A stretch of DNA of 64,000 nucleotides. It comes from Tubiluchus corallicola. Its lineage: Eukaryota > Animalia > Priapulida. Under the pieces are notes generated by a model. The model saw nothing but the letters and a program-made list of their open reading frames with translations. It ran no database searches and was not told where the DNA came from. Made by a program: the position numbers and the translations under genes. The stretch covers positions 100,692 to 164,691 of the forward strand of contig JAQGDQ010000381.1 of assembly GCA_030141605.1 (NCBI GenBank), read 5' to 3'. Below, piece after piece: positions 1-12,700 of the stretch. Position 1 is the stretch's first letter. Each line of letters starts with the position of its first letter.

Positions 1-936
1 GTCATAATATATCGGTTTATCTTCCCTGTGTTGTCAGTAGATGTCACCACATTATAATTGCCAGTAGATGTCACCACATTGTAATACGTAATGTACGAGT
101 CATAATATACCGGTTTATCTTCTCTATGTTGTCAGTAGATGTCACCACATTGTAATACGTAATGTACGAGTCATAATATATCGGTTTATCTTCCCTGTGT
201 TGTCAGTAGATGTCACCACATTATAATTGTCAGTAGATGTCACCACATTGTAATACGTAATGTACGAGTCATAATATACCGGTTTATCTTCTCTGTATTG
301 TCAGTAGATGTCACCACATTGTAATACGTAATGTACGAGTCATAATATACCGGTTTATCTTCTCTGTATTGTCAGTAGATGTCACCACATTGTAATACAT
401 AATGTACGAGTCATAATATACCGGTTTATCTTCTCTATGTTGTCAGTAGATGTCACCACATTGTAATACGTAATGTACGAGTCATAATATACCGGTTTAT
501 CTTCTCTGTATTGTCAGTAGATGTCACCACATTATAATACGTAATGTACGAGTCATAATATACCGGTTTATCTTCTCTGTATTGTCAGTAGATGTCACCA
601 CATTATAATACGTAATGTACGAGTCATAATATATCGGTTTATCTTCCCTGTGTTGTCAGTAGATGTCACCACATTATAATTGCCAGTAGATGTCACCACA
701 TTGTAATACGTAATGTACGAGTCATAATATACCGGTTTATCTTCTCTATGTTGCCAGTAGATGTCACCACATTGTAATACGTAATGTATGAGTCATAATA
801 TATCGGTTTATCTTCTCTGTATTGTCAGTAGATGTCACCACATTGTAATACGTAATGTACGAGTCATAATATACCGGTTTATCTTCTCTATCTTGTCAGT
901 AGATGTCACCACATTGTAATACGTAATGTACGAGTC
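1..936. repeat. 71-bp tandem array (about 12 units, some with an extra 28-bp sub-repeat), truncated by the window start
   Basis: Unit GAGTCATAATATACCGGTTTATCTTCTCTGTATTGTCAGTAGATGTCACCACATTGTAATACGTAATGTAC, e.g. at 266 and 337. Confidence 0.95.
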
Positions 937-1180
937 GGCACATTCCCGTTCTCTAGAATTTTTGGCGAAAAACGGTGAAAAAAGGGCGTTTTTTGGAGGT
1001 TTTTCGGCCCCGTTCCTCCTGGTGGGCCCGATTCGAAAAATATACCCCCAGTTGCGAACCCTTGGGTGGAGACCTTTCATTTGACGTACAGATTGTCGAA
1101 AATGGTGCCGTCGTCGCAGCTGTAGCCACGTCGGCTATATATCCATATATATATATATACCACGGAAATTAATATATAGA
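1..1180 (-). mobile_element. Non-autonomous Helitron-like element carrying the 71-bp array
   Basis: Minus strand begins A|TCTATATATTAATT at 1180 (Helitron-type 5' TC end); 937-1180 is homologous in inverted orientation to 1633-1890. The 3' end lies outside the window. Confidence 0.55.
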
Positions 1181-1342
1181 TACAATTGTAAGCAAATTAT
1201 TATCTATTCTTCTAGATGTTCTAGCGATTTCACTGAGCATTACTAGCTAATTACTATACATCATAAAATATATTTTTAAAAATTGCAACGAAGTAACAGC
1301 CGTAACATGTGAAAAATCACCCTGTAGTCATTTGCATCTTAC

Positions 1343-1494
1343 TTGTGAAACGTGTCATCGTATTCTTCTAATTTGGCAGCGGCATCGCGCATGGCTTCCA
1401 ATGATGTAGATTTCTGAACCATCGGCTTGAGATGATGTAGAAATTCCACAAGATGCCTGGCCATATCTTCACTGCTTCTGTTCGACGTTGACAT
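1343..1494 (-). CDS. TBC1D32: Protein broad-minded (TBC1D32/BROMI), first coding exon; gene continues left of the window
   Basis: GCC-ATG start; MSTSNRSSEDMARHLVEFLHHLKPMVQKSTSLEAMRDAAAKLEEYDDTFH followed by AA|GTAAGA donor. Resembles the remembered BROMI N-terminus (SSED...SLE...LEE.D..FH). Confidence 0.75.
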
Positions 1495-1632
1495 GGCGAC
1501 AAGTTTTTATGTATACGTATACCGATAACTTATACGAACAAATTGTCTTTTGATCTAAAATAACAAAAAATTTGCATATTAAAAGTTTGACGTTGCAAAA
1601 GCATTACAGATCCAGTGCTCATCAAATCAGAA

Positions 1633-2382
1633 TCGTATATATTAATTCTACTGGTATTTACATATATAAGATTCGAAGCTACAGCTCGGACGACGGCACC
1701 ATTAGTGGAGATCTATATAACAAACGAAAGGTCTCGATCTAGTGTCGTGCCATTGAGGGTTTATTTTTTTGATCGGGCCCACAGCGAGGAACGGGGGGGG
1801 GGGCGAAAAACCTCCAAAAATGGCCATTTTTCGGTCGTTTTTTGCAAAAGTTATACGTCTGAGATCTGGAGAACGGGAATGGGCCATGGGTAGTGCTGGC
1901 CATGGATAGATAGCCCGTTCAGCGGCAGGTGTCATAGGCATATTTAGAATTTGCGAGAGGGCCACGGTGTCCCGTAACATTTTCCCGGACCCAACTAGCG
2001 ATTTTTTCGAAATTTTGGTCAAACAGCCTGCAGAAAAAACGTTCTTGCAGCGCCTGGTGGGACTTTTGGAAGAAGATATATAGCTCTTTAGAAAGAGGAA
2101 GAACGGGGCTACACGATGGTGTGGGCTACATTTTAGGACACGTCCACCAAAAGGAGAATCGACAGGTTAATTAGATGTTCTATTTTCGGCAATTTTCGCT
2201 TGGAAAACTGCTGATGCAAAGCCATTGTTCTGACGTCGTCCATTATACTCTGCCTATAACTTTAATTCAGTAAAAGCTGCTGCTGCTGGCTTTGCGTTAT
2301 ATATGAGGACTATGTAGGATGTTTGCGTATATTTGATTATAAGTGTATTTATAAACAAAATGTTTTGCGGGGCCTTTGCTAG
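1633..2382 (+). mobile_element. Non-autonomous Helitron-like element, diverged relative of the copy at 1-1180
   Basis: A|TCGTATATATTAATT start; shared blocks GCTACAGCT, GACGACGGCACCATT, GAAAGGTCTC, ATCGGGCCCAC, CGAAAAACCTCCAAAAA, GAGAACGGGAATG; candidate CTAG|T end at 2379-2383 with a weak hairpin. Confidence 0.55.
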
Positions 2383-2658
2383 TAATTAATAATTTAGAAA
2401 CAGTGAAAATCTATCACATAACCTGAATATAAAGTGCCAGCTAACATCAGTGGGGAAAATATGAATTGGCTCAATTTCCAATTACCTAAAGGCTTATTTT
2501 CAATAGGAGATAACTGACAAAAATTGAATAGCTACTCTTTTAGTTCATTTTCTTACTGTATTTTTTAAATTACAGCTTTGAAATACAAAGGAATGGGTGA
2601 CAGTCAAGGCACATACTGAATATGATTTAAAAGTCCCTTTCGTGTCGCATTGATGGTT

Positions 2659-3215
2659 AAAATGTTCACTGAGAGATACTAAAATCTACAGGCAAATTGC
2701 ATATTAAAATGACTATGATACACTGCAAAATGATGTCAAAGCTTTGGATGCTTGGTCACACAATTGGCTACTGTTGGTCAATGGTGATAAGTGTGAGGTA
2801 CTCAACAATACTCAACAATGTGTACTCAACACTGTGAGGCACTCAACAATACTCAACAATGTGTACTCGACAGTGTGAGGTACTCAACAATACTCAACAA
2901 TGTGTACACAACAGTGTGAGGTACTCAACAATACTCAACAATGTGTACTCAACAGCGTGAGGTACTCCATATAGGCAAATTGCATCTTACAATAACTACG
3001 ATACACTGCAAAATGATGTCAAAGCTTTGGATGCTTGGTCACACAATTGGCTACTGCTGTTCAATGGTGATAAGTATGAGGTACTCAACAATACTCAACA
3101 ATATGTATTCAACAGCGTGAGCTACTCCATATAGGCAAAAACTCCAACAATTTTCAATACACTATGCTGGACAACCTGCCGTTGTTACTACTACATAAGT
3201 ACAAAAAGATCTCAG
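2659..3215 (+). mobile_element. CR1/L2-type LINE reverse transcriptase relic with internal duplication and a 42-bp minisatellite
   Basis: Translates to KMF..DTKIYRQI and LQNDVKALDAWSHNWLLLFNGDK(C/Y)EVL(H)IG, the motif after FADD in CR1 RTs; segment present twice (about 2689 and 2972); 42-bp repeats at 2793-2965. Confidence 0.75.
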
Positions 3216-4594
3216 ATCTAGATCTAGAATAATCTAGATGCCTTATTGGAAACATGCCATATTCAGTACTAACATGTAAGTGAAAGTTAAGAGGTAAGGC
3301 AATTCTATCTGCGTAAATTTACACATTGCTTAGAACATCAACATTATATGTATTTATTATGCCTTTATGTTCAAATTTAAACTTAATCTCAATAGTTTTA
3401 CACACCTTATTCTGAAATCTTCGTCAAGATAATTGCGCATATTACTAATAGCAACATTACTTACAGGGTGGTTGACTTTGGTAACTTTTAGTTTTTCGCC
3501 ACCCTTTCACCAATCACTTGAACATCATTAACTCAGATAATTTATTCATTTAATAATCTTGTCAGTTTGTATCATATTATCATTTCATGTTCTGTGTTTT
3601 TCTTGTCAAAAAGATGATAAATAAAGATACTTAATTACTTACTTAGTGTTTACAATGATAACTCACTATCCTTCAAGGATAAGACAAGGCAGGCCACCGC
3701 GTCAGAAAGCCTAATGCTAGAATCTCGCAGCATCTCTTCTACGGATAATTAAAAACAGGCAGTAGACAAAGGCACCAGCAAGTACTTGCTTAAAGACATG
3801 TTTCAAACAACGATTCTTTTTTACTTTCCTCAAAACCATTTTTTATTTTATCAACAACATTTTTACCTAATTTACCTAATTACAAAACAGTACATGTTGA
3901 ATTATTCTATTCTAAAAACACACTAGTAAGGATTATTATTTATATTTGTGCCTCTTGACAGACTACTAGCCACATGTGTAAAGCGAGATCTATTTGCCTG
4001 CACCTGGTGCAAACTTTATGCAAAGAACATTGCCTGCAATCTGTTGCTACGGCAACCAGTATCTAGAAAAAATTGTCTCAAGGCTTGGCTTTTACTACGC
4101 AGTATTTAACCGTTACCTGAATAGCTAGAGCTTCATAGTTAATGCTAGCTAGATATTGGTAAGAAAGTTAGGTAGTTTCAAGCAGAAAGAAATTAATCAA
4201 CTGGTAAAAATATGAATAAAACTCATAAAACGTTTAATTTATATAATTTAATTTATTATATAAACTAAGTAGCATTGATTTTTGTCTGTGGAAACGTCTC
4301 TCAGTTCTTTTACATTACTTTCTACACAAGTCTTGGTTTCGTTGTTCACATCATGTTGTGTTTTGCTAAAACGTAGAAGATTAAAGATAACGTATTAAAG
4401 AAAGATTTGCAGTCCTTCAGTATAGAAATCGTAGCTTTAGACAGGAAATCTTGGGGAAAATCATTCTTTGATGGTGTCGAGTGCAACGAAGAAGAGTTCT
4501 GGTAAGCTTAGAAACAGGAATATCAAAGAGAAAAAAATCGCACAAATGCTGAAGACTACCAGCAGTCATATATTAATTGTGGAAGACCCTAGTC

Positions 4595-5117
4595 CAGGGA
4601 TGAGAATGACAAATTGCAAAAAGCTCTGAAACAGGATTTTGGGGCCGCGTAGGACCCCCCTGGGGGTTCGAGGGGGCAAAGTCTCCTTGCAGCCAGCAAC
4701 AAATTGCAATTTTGTGACCATAGAGAGCCTCTAAGTGGACTTACAATATCAATTACCTTGTTTCATGCATAATATAAAATACCCAACTAGCAAGGATGCA
4801 TGATACCTAATTCTCTCAAATACACCTAAGTACTGGCCGCTCCTGTGCAAAAGTAGATAAAAACTGTCTGCAATTGACTCAAATAACTCTGCACAATTGA
4901 TTCTACATATTTATACATAGAGATATACACGTGGTTACACTGATGTACATGACGTAAACAAAGTGACGGCCCGCCAACTAGCGGTCAGTTTGTGAAATAA
5001 TGTACTGGGTTAAACAGTAAACATTTTCTCAACGAGTTTACGCAATTTACAAAAATGACACTACTGGTCTTCCAAAAACTCGGAATTCCGCATATCCTCG
5101 GAAAATTCTCATCCATG
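4595..5117. mobile_element. hAT-type MITE, complete
   Basis: TIRs CAGGGATGAGAAT / ATTCTCATCCATG; perfect 8-bp TSD CCCTAGTC at 4587-4594 and 5118-5125. Confidence 0.9.
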
Positions 5118-5599
5118 CCCTAGTCTTCTCGCATAGGCTTCTGCCATCAACAGGAATGCATCCATAACTCAAAGAGTAAAATTTGCAACCAGAAGACTTA
5201 TTATCTTCAAAACGAAAGAGGCCATTGTATTATTTTATCTTGTATTTAAGTGAGAATTTTCGTGACAGAATTTCCAATATTTTTAGATTGGGTTTGACTG
5301 ATGTAAACACTAACCTAAAAATAACCAAACTGCTGACACTAGCTTACAACCAGGAAGTGCAAAATTTTAATTGTACCGGAGCTTGATACACATTACAATA
5401 TAGACACTTTGGGAGGAGCTTGAATCGCTTTTACCATGCAGGTAACTATAGGAATGAAAGATCAAATGCATCTTTGCATGACATATCAAATGCAGTCTTC
5501 TTGTTGTTGCATTGCTTACACAAAGAATATTTCTTCGTCAGATCGAGCAAATCATCAATGAGTATTATGGCAGGCAATTTGATTCTCAATACCTTACAT

Positions 5600-6110
5600 C
5601 AGAAACGTCTTTGAGACACATAATTTTGTAATCATCATCATTATATCCATGGCATTATGTCTAAATTGTAAAAATTGGGCTGGCAGAATTCTAAAGTATT
5701 GCTATTGTTATGATTTCGTAAAACAAAGTAACATCATCACCATCGTGTTTTCATTCGTCGGAGAACATAACACTATTAAACTTCTGCTGCCAAGCACTTT
5801 GGTCCTTAGTTACTATTCCAGATGAAGTTCTTTCAGCATGAGAGAAATTCCATTGAGATTTTTTGCGTGAAATCCAACAATTTAAGTAATCTGCCGCCTC
5901 CTGCCTTCTTTGAAGATTAAATTCATTCACGGAAAGTTTTATTAAGTGGACTATTTTCTGGTAATTTTGGAGCACGGTCCACCCAAATAAGTCTTCGTGT
6001 TTAATCGTCCTGGTAGTTTTTCAAAACATCCCATGATGCTATGGGAAATCTTCGTGAAAATCACCTGCGGCAAGTGAAGTCAGGTTTGAGGAAGTTTTTC
6101 TTCCAACATC
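5600..6110 (-). pseudogene. Decayed Tc1/mariner-like transposase fragment
   Basis: Minus ORF ends in WQQKFNSVMFSDE, resembling the W..V.FSDE first catalytic Asp motif; flanks are disrupted; limits approximate. Confidence 0.4.
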
Positions 6111-8426
6111 TTGCTGGATCAGACGGAGTGTATAATACATTTCCAAACTGTGTGCTGCTAAGTTGCGGACTACTTTACTTATCTATACAGTATTAAAGTA
6201 AGTGTGATTTTGAAGTGACAAATTTATGACAAAATTTATTGACAGATTTCTAAGTGTCACTTTTCTATAATTCTGACGAAAAATCGTGGTGTTTTAGACT
6301 TAAAGAGAATTTTAACCATTTCTCTTTTGTAACCACACCAAGTCTCAGAGAAAACTGTATCATTTACAAGCTAATTACGGCTTATCACAGTTCGATATCT
6401 AAAAATGTTTCAGCTAGAGCCATTAATTAGTTTCATGCACTCTATTATATGTTATTTTTCTCTTTTTTTGTTTGCCTTAAGAAACTAAAAGTTGCAGGTT
6501 GAAACGTTGTGACCTTCTTTATTTTAAATTTCTTCCTTATTTTTAATTAGGTGTTTTTTATTTATGTAGGTGCCTCTATTTAATTGCATACTGCTAGAAT
6601 TCACACATGTTCTGCCATGTATCTGTATATGTTGACAGCTCACTTAACAGCATTCGTGTGGATTTTGTGCTGCATTCGAATCCTTTTTGACTAACAATTT
6701 TTCAGCACCTTCATATACTTCAATTAAATAACTGTAAGATTAATTGCTGATTATGCAGAAGTGGCTATGTTTATAATGCTGCCTTTCATAGCTCAGTATC
6801 TAAAAACCTAAAACTTCACAAAGATTTTGGACTCTTAAGAAAGCACCACTATTTTAGGATTTGTTTGCAGTTTTTCTAGATGTAGATGTACTTGATAAAA
6901 AAACCTCTGTGACTAGACATGGAACACAGAACAAAGCTTTCTAGCTGTGAATAAGTATAACATGTGACACTAAGTTTTGTTAATTGCTATAGTTGTAAAC
7001 TATTACAAGCGTAGTATTTCAGTCATATGACTGTTAATCAACCCTGCTAATTGTTTCAACTACAGTTTATTTAATGCTAACTAACAGTGGTTGACATTAA
7101 ATTTTATATACAGTATAGGATAAAAGTTTTATCTTCAGATCGCATGCATTAATATTCCAGCTAACTACAAGAATTTTATGTTATACGTGTATTTTTATTA
7201 TTTTTTGTTCCGTGTTTATTAATTAAGATTTCTAAAGACATACTATGTATTAGTTGTTACGTTGGTGTCTCATTTCAGTTTTGTACTTGATGGTCTACTC
7301 CTAGTTTGCTTGAAGATTGCTTCTATTGCTTTGATACAGTGATTTTTCGTCGAGAACAGATTTTACTTTAAAACAGACGAAAATTTGCTTTACTGTTATT
7401 TTTCTGCATTGAATATTAACTTTTTTCCAGTTTTGATGATTATGCGTTACTCTGGTAAGAGATGTTGTATACCTGCTTAATGCTTATAACAAATTTTGGC
7501 AAGTAATCTACTACTTTGTGTTCGTTTGTCTTCCGGGTTCAATCACTAAATTTTAGTGTAGCTGTAACTCTGTATGGCTTAATGAGATGTTGTGGCAATC
7601 GTGTCTGATTTGGGCCTACGTACATAAAGATTACAGTAAGTATAGTAATAATCATAGATACTGTAGGCATAGGATAGAAATTATCACGCTTCACTTATTT
7701 CGTTATTTGGATGTTTCTCATTCCGTTAAAGTGAAAACTATTTTCTATTTATATTTTAGCTCGTAAGCTGTTGAACTGATGTCTTGCAAGATACACATAT
7801 ATCATTGTTACACAGCTTTGTGATGATCATTTTTATGAGTAGCTTTCAAGGTTTCAAATTTAGTTTTTGCAAACTTGTACATCACAAGTATCTACATCTG
7901 ACAGATTTAAACAAAGTTAAATAGGACAGCTGTAGCAAAATGAAATGAGACAGCAAGATGTACACAGGTTGGCAAGACATAAACAAGAAATAAGTGGTTT
8001 GGGTCCATGATGAAAAAAGAATTTACAGTGAATGCACATACTGAAAGAATTGCTGTTATAAGTTGAAGTAACAATGAAAACTATGCCTAAATCAGGGGCA
8101 GATGCAGGCTTTGGAAAATGGTGGCCTCACCCAGCTAGTGGGACAGGGGGTCATAAAGGCATTTTACTACAATAAGCTTTGTTACAGTTTTGCTATACAC
8201 AAGCGCAGTAGGTGTAGGTTCAAACCATCCCCAAATCTGTCACTACAAATGTTACATTAAATTCATATTTATAAGTTCTGTGGCAGACCTGTTGAAATCA
8301 AAAAGCTTATTGAAAGTTGAAGAAACAGCTTTTTCCCGTGGAGATTTTGTTTGAAAAGTTTTCTCTTTTTAAGTGTGCTTTGTTGAATATGTTTACTTAG
8401 TGTGCTTGAATATGTTCACATTGTTG

Positions 8427-9137
8427 GGCGCCGAGTAACCCACTAGCCAAAGTAGGACAATTGTCGTACATGGGTTAGCCCAAGTAGGACACTAGAGACG
8501 GGTCGTGAATTAAGTCGTTAAGCATACTGGCACCGTCCGTCGTCCTTGTTTATGGAATAATAATAACTTAAAACGTCAAAAACGTTGAATAATTTATTAT
8601 ACATCTGATAAAATAAACGAATTTTATTCTGAGTTAGTATAATTTTGCCAATATTAATCTTCCTTGAAGTGAAATAAGTGCACTTTTTAGGTGATTCCAA
8701 AATTTGTTTAAGGTATAATATCGTTTTTTATGTTGTCCCGCTTCTCAGACAGGTGATCCTTTTCACTCCCTCTTGGACAAATAATTGTTTTCTACTAAGT
8801 AAACGGTGTTAGCGAGTTATGTGCCCTACATAGTTTCTCTCTTTAAAGCATTAGATACTTAGTACAATGTTATGATGATAATTATTAATGGAGCTAATAA
8901 TAATGATGATATTGTTGTAAAAAGTAAATTGTCAAGGAGCATCCATCACTATTATAAAGTTACTTTTTTTCTAAAACAAATTTAGTTTTATGATTTATTA
9001 TGTCACAGATCTCGATTTTTGACAGAAATCGTTAGTGCCCTACTTGGGCTGCCCATGTACGACACTGCTTTTCCGCAAATTTAGCAAATGCGTTTTACTG
9101 GAAGTGTCCTACTTTGGTTAGTGGGTCACTCGGCGCC
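8427..9137. mobile_element. PIF/Harbinger-like MITE
   Basis: 33-bp TIR GGCGCCGAGTAACCCACTAGCCAAAGTAGGACA with inverted copy at 9105-9137; subterminal inverted repeats at about 8463 and 9033; flanks TTG/TTA. Confidence 0.8.
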
Positions 9138-9199
9138 TTACACACATAATTCATTACAATAAATTACGTAATGTGATTGATGTTAATTAAGAATGCCAA

Positions 9200-9356
9200 G
9201 ATAAAGCCTACAATTCACCACGCATAAGAAATTTTGTGAAGTGGATTAGGATTAGTGTTAGGATTAAGTTTGAGCTTAGGGTAAGTCTTAAGTTAGGGTT
9301 AGAGTTAAGGTTAGGGTTAGGGTATTTAAATGGTGTGGGGAATTGTGAACTCTTTC
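9200..9356. repeat. Degenerate TTAGGG tract inside a small inverted-repeat element
   Basis: TTAGGA/TTAGTG/TTAGGG hexamers at 9247-9322, bounded by ACAATTCACCAC and GTGGGGAATTGT. Confidence 0.6.
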
Positions 9357-9696
9357 CAAGAATGCAAATGAACTGAAAATTTTAATTGATTCATAATTCT
9401 TGTTAATTGACTGCCATTTCTTTACGTGTCTTTTGAAAGAGTTAATCAGTTTGTTATTTTTACAAAAAAGGAACTAATATCGTGTTAAAAATGACACTAT
9501 GCACTGCTTTGCTGTTGAGCAGGCGTGTTACCTTTTGACGTAATGTGCAGTTAATGAGACGAATAGTTTATTCTGTAGCACTTATCACTGTGTGAGTGTA
9601 ATTAGTCTAAAGAGAAGGCAGCTGTTGCTATACTACATGAATTATTATTTATTTTAATTAGGTTTAACTAGTCAAAACCGCCGATAGGTTTTTGCC

Positions 9697-9774
9697 ATGG
9701 AGGAAGGCAAAGTTGATGAAGCTGCCGTCACCACGTCACGTGACAAGATGATGTTAAACGTGGTTATAAATATG
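9697..9774 (+). CDS. BRD10: BRD10-like exon 1 (probable start exon)
   Basis: GCCATGG context; MEEGKVDEAAVTTSRDKMMLNVVINM|GTGCGT; phase 0 fits exon 2; no homology support. Confidence 0.6.
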
Positions 9775-12700
9775 GTGCGTCTTTTTCAGTATCTTAGCTA
9801 GTCCGGCTCTTAGTAATGGTTTTTTTCGCTTTTCGTGTTGTAGTGCCTAAGTATCAAAAGCTATTCGTTCCAGGGGCATAGCCAGGTTCTAAAATCTGGG
9901 GATAAAAAAGGGGCCATGGCGCATGCCAAACATTTTTTTAACTCATTGATTACACATTTTAATTTTGTGCTTAAATTCAAAACACGAGGAAAATACAGTT
10001 TTAATGGAAACCAAACAGTTTTTTTTAATCCATTGATTATACATCTTAATTTTATGTTTAAATTCAAAACTTGGGAGCGATACAGTCTTAAGAAAGTGCA
10101 TAATGGTTATTTTATATTTAAAATTAAAACACAGTAAAAAGTTTTACAATAAGCTCATCAATCTCAAAACATTAAAAAAACTTCAGTTTGATCCTCGCTG
10201 TAATGAGCTAACCTTGTCAGATGAGTCGCATAAATGCACACCCATTTCAAAAACACGGTAGACGGTGGTCAAATAAAATAATGGTTTCAGAAAATTCTTC
10301 CTGGGTCAAGCAATTAAAGCAATGTAAAAAATTCGACTTTTATCGCACTACTGAACTAAAGAGTTTAAAAGTTTGTCTAAAAGTTGTTTAAATTGCTCTC
10401 CTATTAACTGCGCCATTGATTTGATTAGAAGCTTGGCAATCGTTTACATCAGGGGTGTGCAAATTATCTGACTAGCCGGGCCACATTAAACTTTCCCGCA
10501 CTTCCTGTGGGCCACATGCAGTTTGGTCAAGGAGCCAAGTACAGTAGGACCTAATAACGATTTTTTTGCATCCGTTTTGCGCACATCGTTACTACTGCAC
10601 TACTACACTCAAGAAACTATTTTAGAAGTTTTAAAATTTATATTAAAAACCATATATTTCCATTTGTGGTGGAAATTTCCACCGCAAGTGGCCCGTGGGC
10701 CACAGTTTGCACACCCCTGGTTTACATAGTTAGTGCATAAACTATAGAAAATTTTTCCGTGTTCATTTCATCCATTCTTGGTGAATTAATTTTTTCTACT
10801 GTCATTTAAATTATGCTGCATTTGTGGTGGCTAAGATTATTGGAGGTGAAACATGGTAATTTTTTCCCGCCTTTCATGTTTGGTATCTAAATTTCATTAA
10901 TTGTGATTTTGTGCCATTTTGAACATAATTACATACAGTGGATATTTGAATTAGAATCTATCTCTTTCTTTTTTTTAAATATTTGTAATTAAATTAACGG
11001 TGGTTGTTGTTATTCCAGATACGTAAATTAGTTGACGATGTTGCGCAAATGATTTCGGAAGAGCGCAAGCCGGAAATGAGCTTCGAATTACAGCAAGGTT
11101 ATCGTATCCTGAGAGAGTTAATGTGTGACGCTAACAAATCCACTAATGGGTCGTTTATTTACCTTCCAAAGCTGAGCGAGGATCAGATGAATTTATACAC
11201 TAGCAAAGTGAAAAAACCGATGTATCTTATGAAAAGTATGAATACTACTGTATGTCATACAGCATGTCCTCACTTAATGCCGCCCTGTTCAACGACGTTT
11301 CGTTTTAGCGACGCTTAGCTTTTGGCACTCTTGTTTCACTTAACATCCATGTTTCATTTTAATCGTTTTTTTCTTGCGACTTATTCAGCAATTATTGATT
11401 TTTATTGCTGAAATGGTTCCGAACGGTTTTACGTTATTTCTTATTGAAAGAATCGTTTCGTTTAGCGACATTTCACTTAAAGATGCGTTTTGCTAGAATT
11501 AACGTCATTAAGCGAGGACTTACTGTATAATACATCACATATATTTCCATGATTACACTGAAACTCTGTGTTTGTTTTTATCAATAAGTTAGTATTAGTA
11601 TTGTTATTATTTGATTTTTGGTGCTGAAATGCAACTGAATACTTTTGCGTTATTTTCTATTGAAAGAATCGTTTCGTTCAGCTTAGCGATGCATTTTGCT
11701 AGAAGACATTAGCGTAAATAAGTGAAATTTACTGTATATTACAGGGATGAGAATTTCCGCGGGCACGCGGAATTCCGAGTTTTTGGAAGACCAGTAGTGC
11801 CATTTTTGTAAATTGCGTAAATTCATTGAGAAAATTTTTACGGACCCAGTACATTATTTCACAAGCTGACCGCTAGTTGGCAGGGCCGTCACTTTGTTTA
11901 CATCACGTACATCAGTATAACCACGTGTATATCTCTATGTATAAAAATATAGAGTCAATTGTGCGGAGTTATTTGAGTCAATTGCAGAGAGTTTTTATAT
12001 ACTTTTGCATAGCAGCAGCCAGTACTTAGGCGTTTTTGAGACAATTAGGCATCATGTATCCTTGATAGTTGGGTATTTTAAATTATGCATGAAACAAGGT
12101 AATTGATATTAAGTCCACTTAGAGGCTCTCTATGGTCACAAAATTGCAATTTGTTGCTGTGCTAAATCATTGTGTAATAGAGGTCTTGTGTTTGTTTTTG
12201 ATAATAACTTACTATAAGTATTTAAGATAAATGCTACTACTGAAGGATATTTTTCACTATTTTACATAAATACGTTTTTCAGTGAGAGAAAAGTTTGAGG
12301 AAAGAGTGTACGAGACAATCACTCAGTTTGTGTCAGACTTCCGTCTCATGATTGAAAACTGCTTACGATTCAATGGACCAGATCATCACCTGTCAAAGAA
12401 AGCACAGAGACTGAACACTATACTAGAACAAAAGCTTGCCTTGCTCAACTGGTAACAATCAGTTTTTTGCTTTCAAATTGCCCCTAAGGTAATCAGCTAT
12501 AGTGAAATACGGCCAGAGAATTCATATGGCCAATTTGCTACTGCTGGACAGGGGGCATTGCGGGGCAGGGAGGGGTGGGGTAGGGTGTGATATCTGTTGG
12601 TTTTTTGTGAATTGATTGAGGCTATAGTTTTTAGGGAAACACTTTTTTGGTAGAGAATTCCATAGATAAGAAGCTCGATGGAAAAACTGCATTAATAAGC

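Noticed and set aside
6120-6203. Possible BRD10 non-coding exon ending AAA|GTAAGT
   Set aside because: A donor motif alone, next to a transposon relic, is not enough support.
9247-9322. True telomere or fusion site
   Set aside because: Short, degenerate, single orientation and enclosed by inverted repeats.
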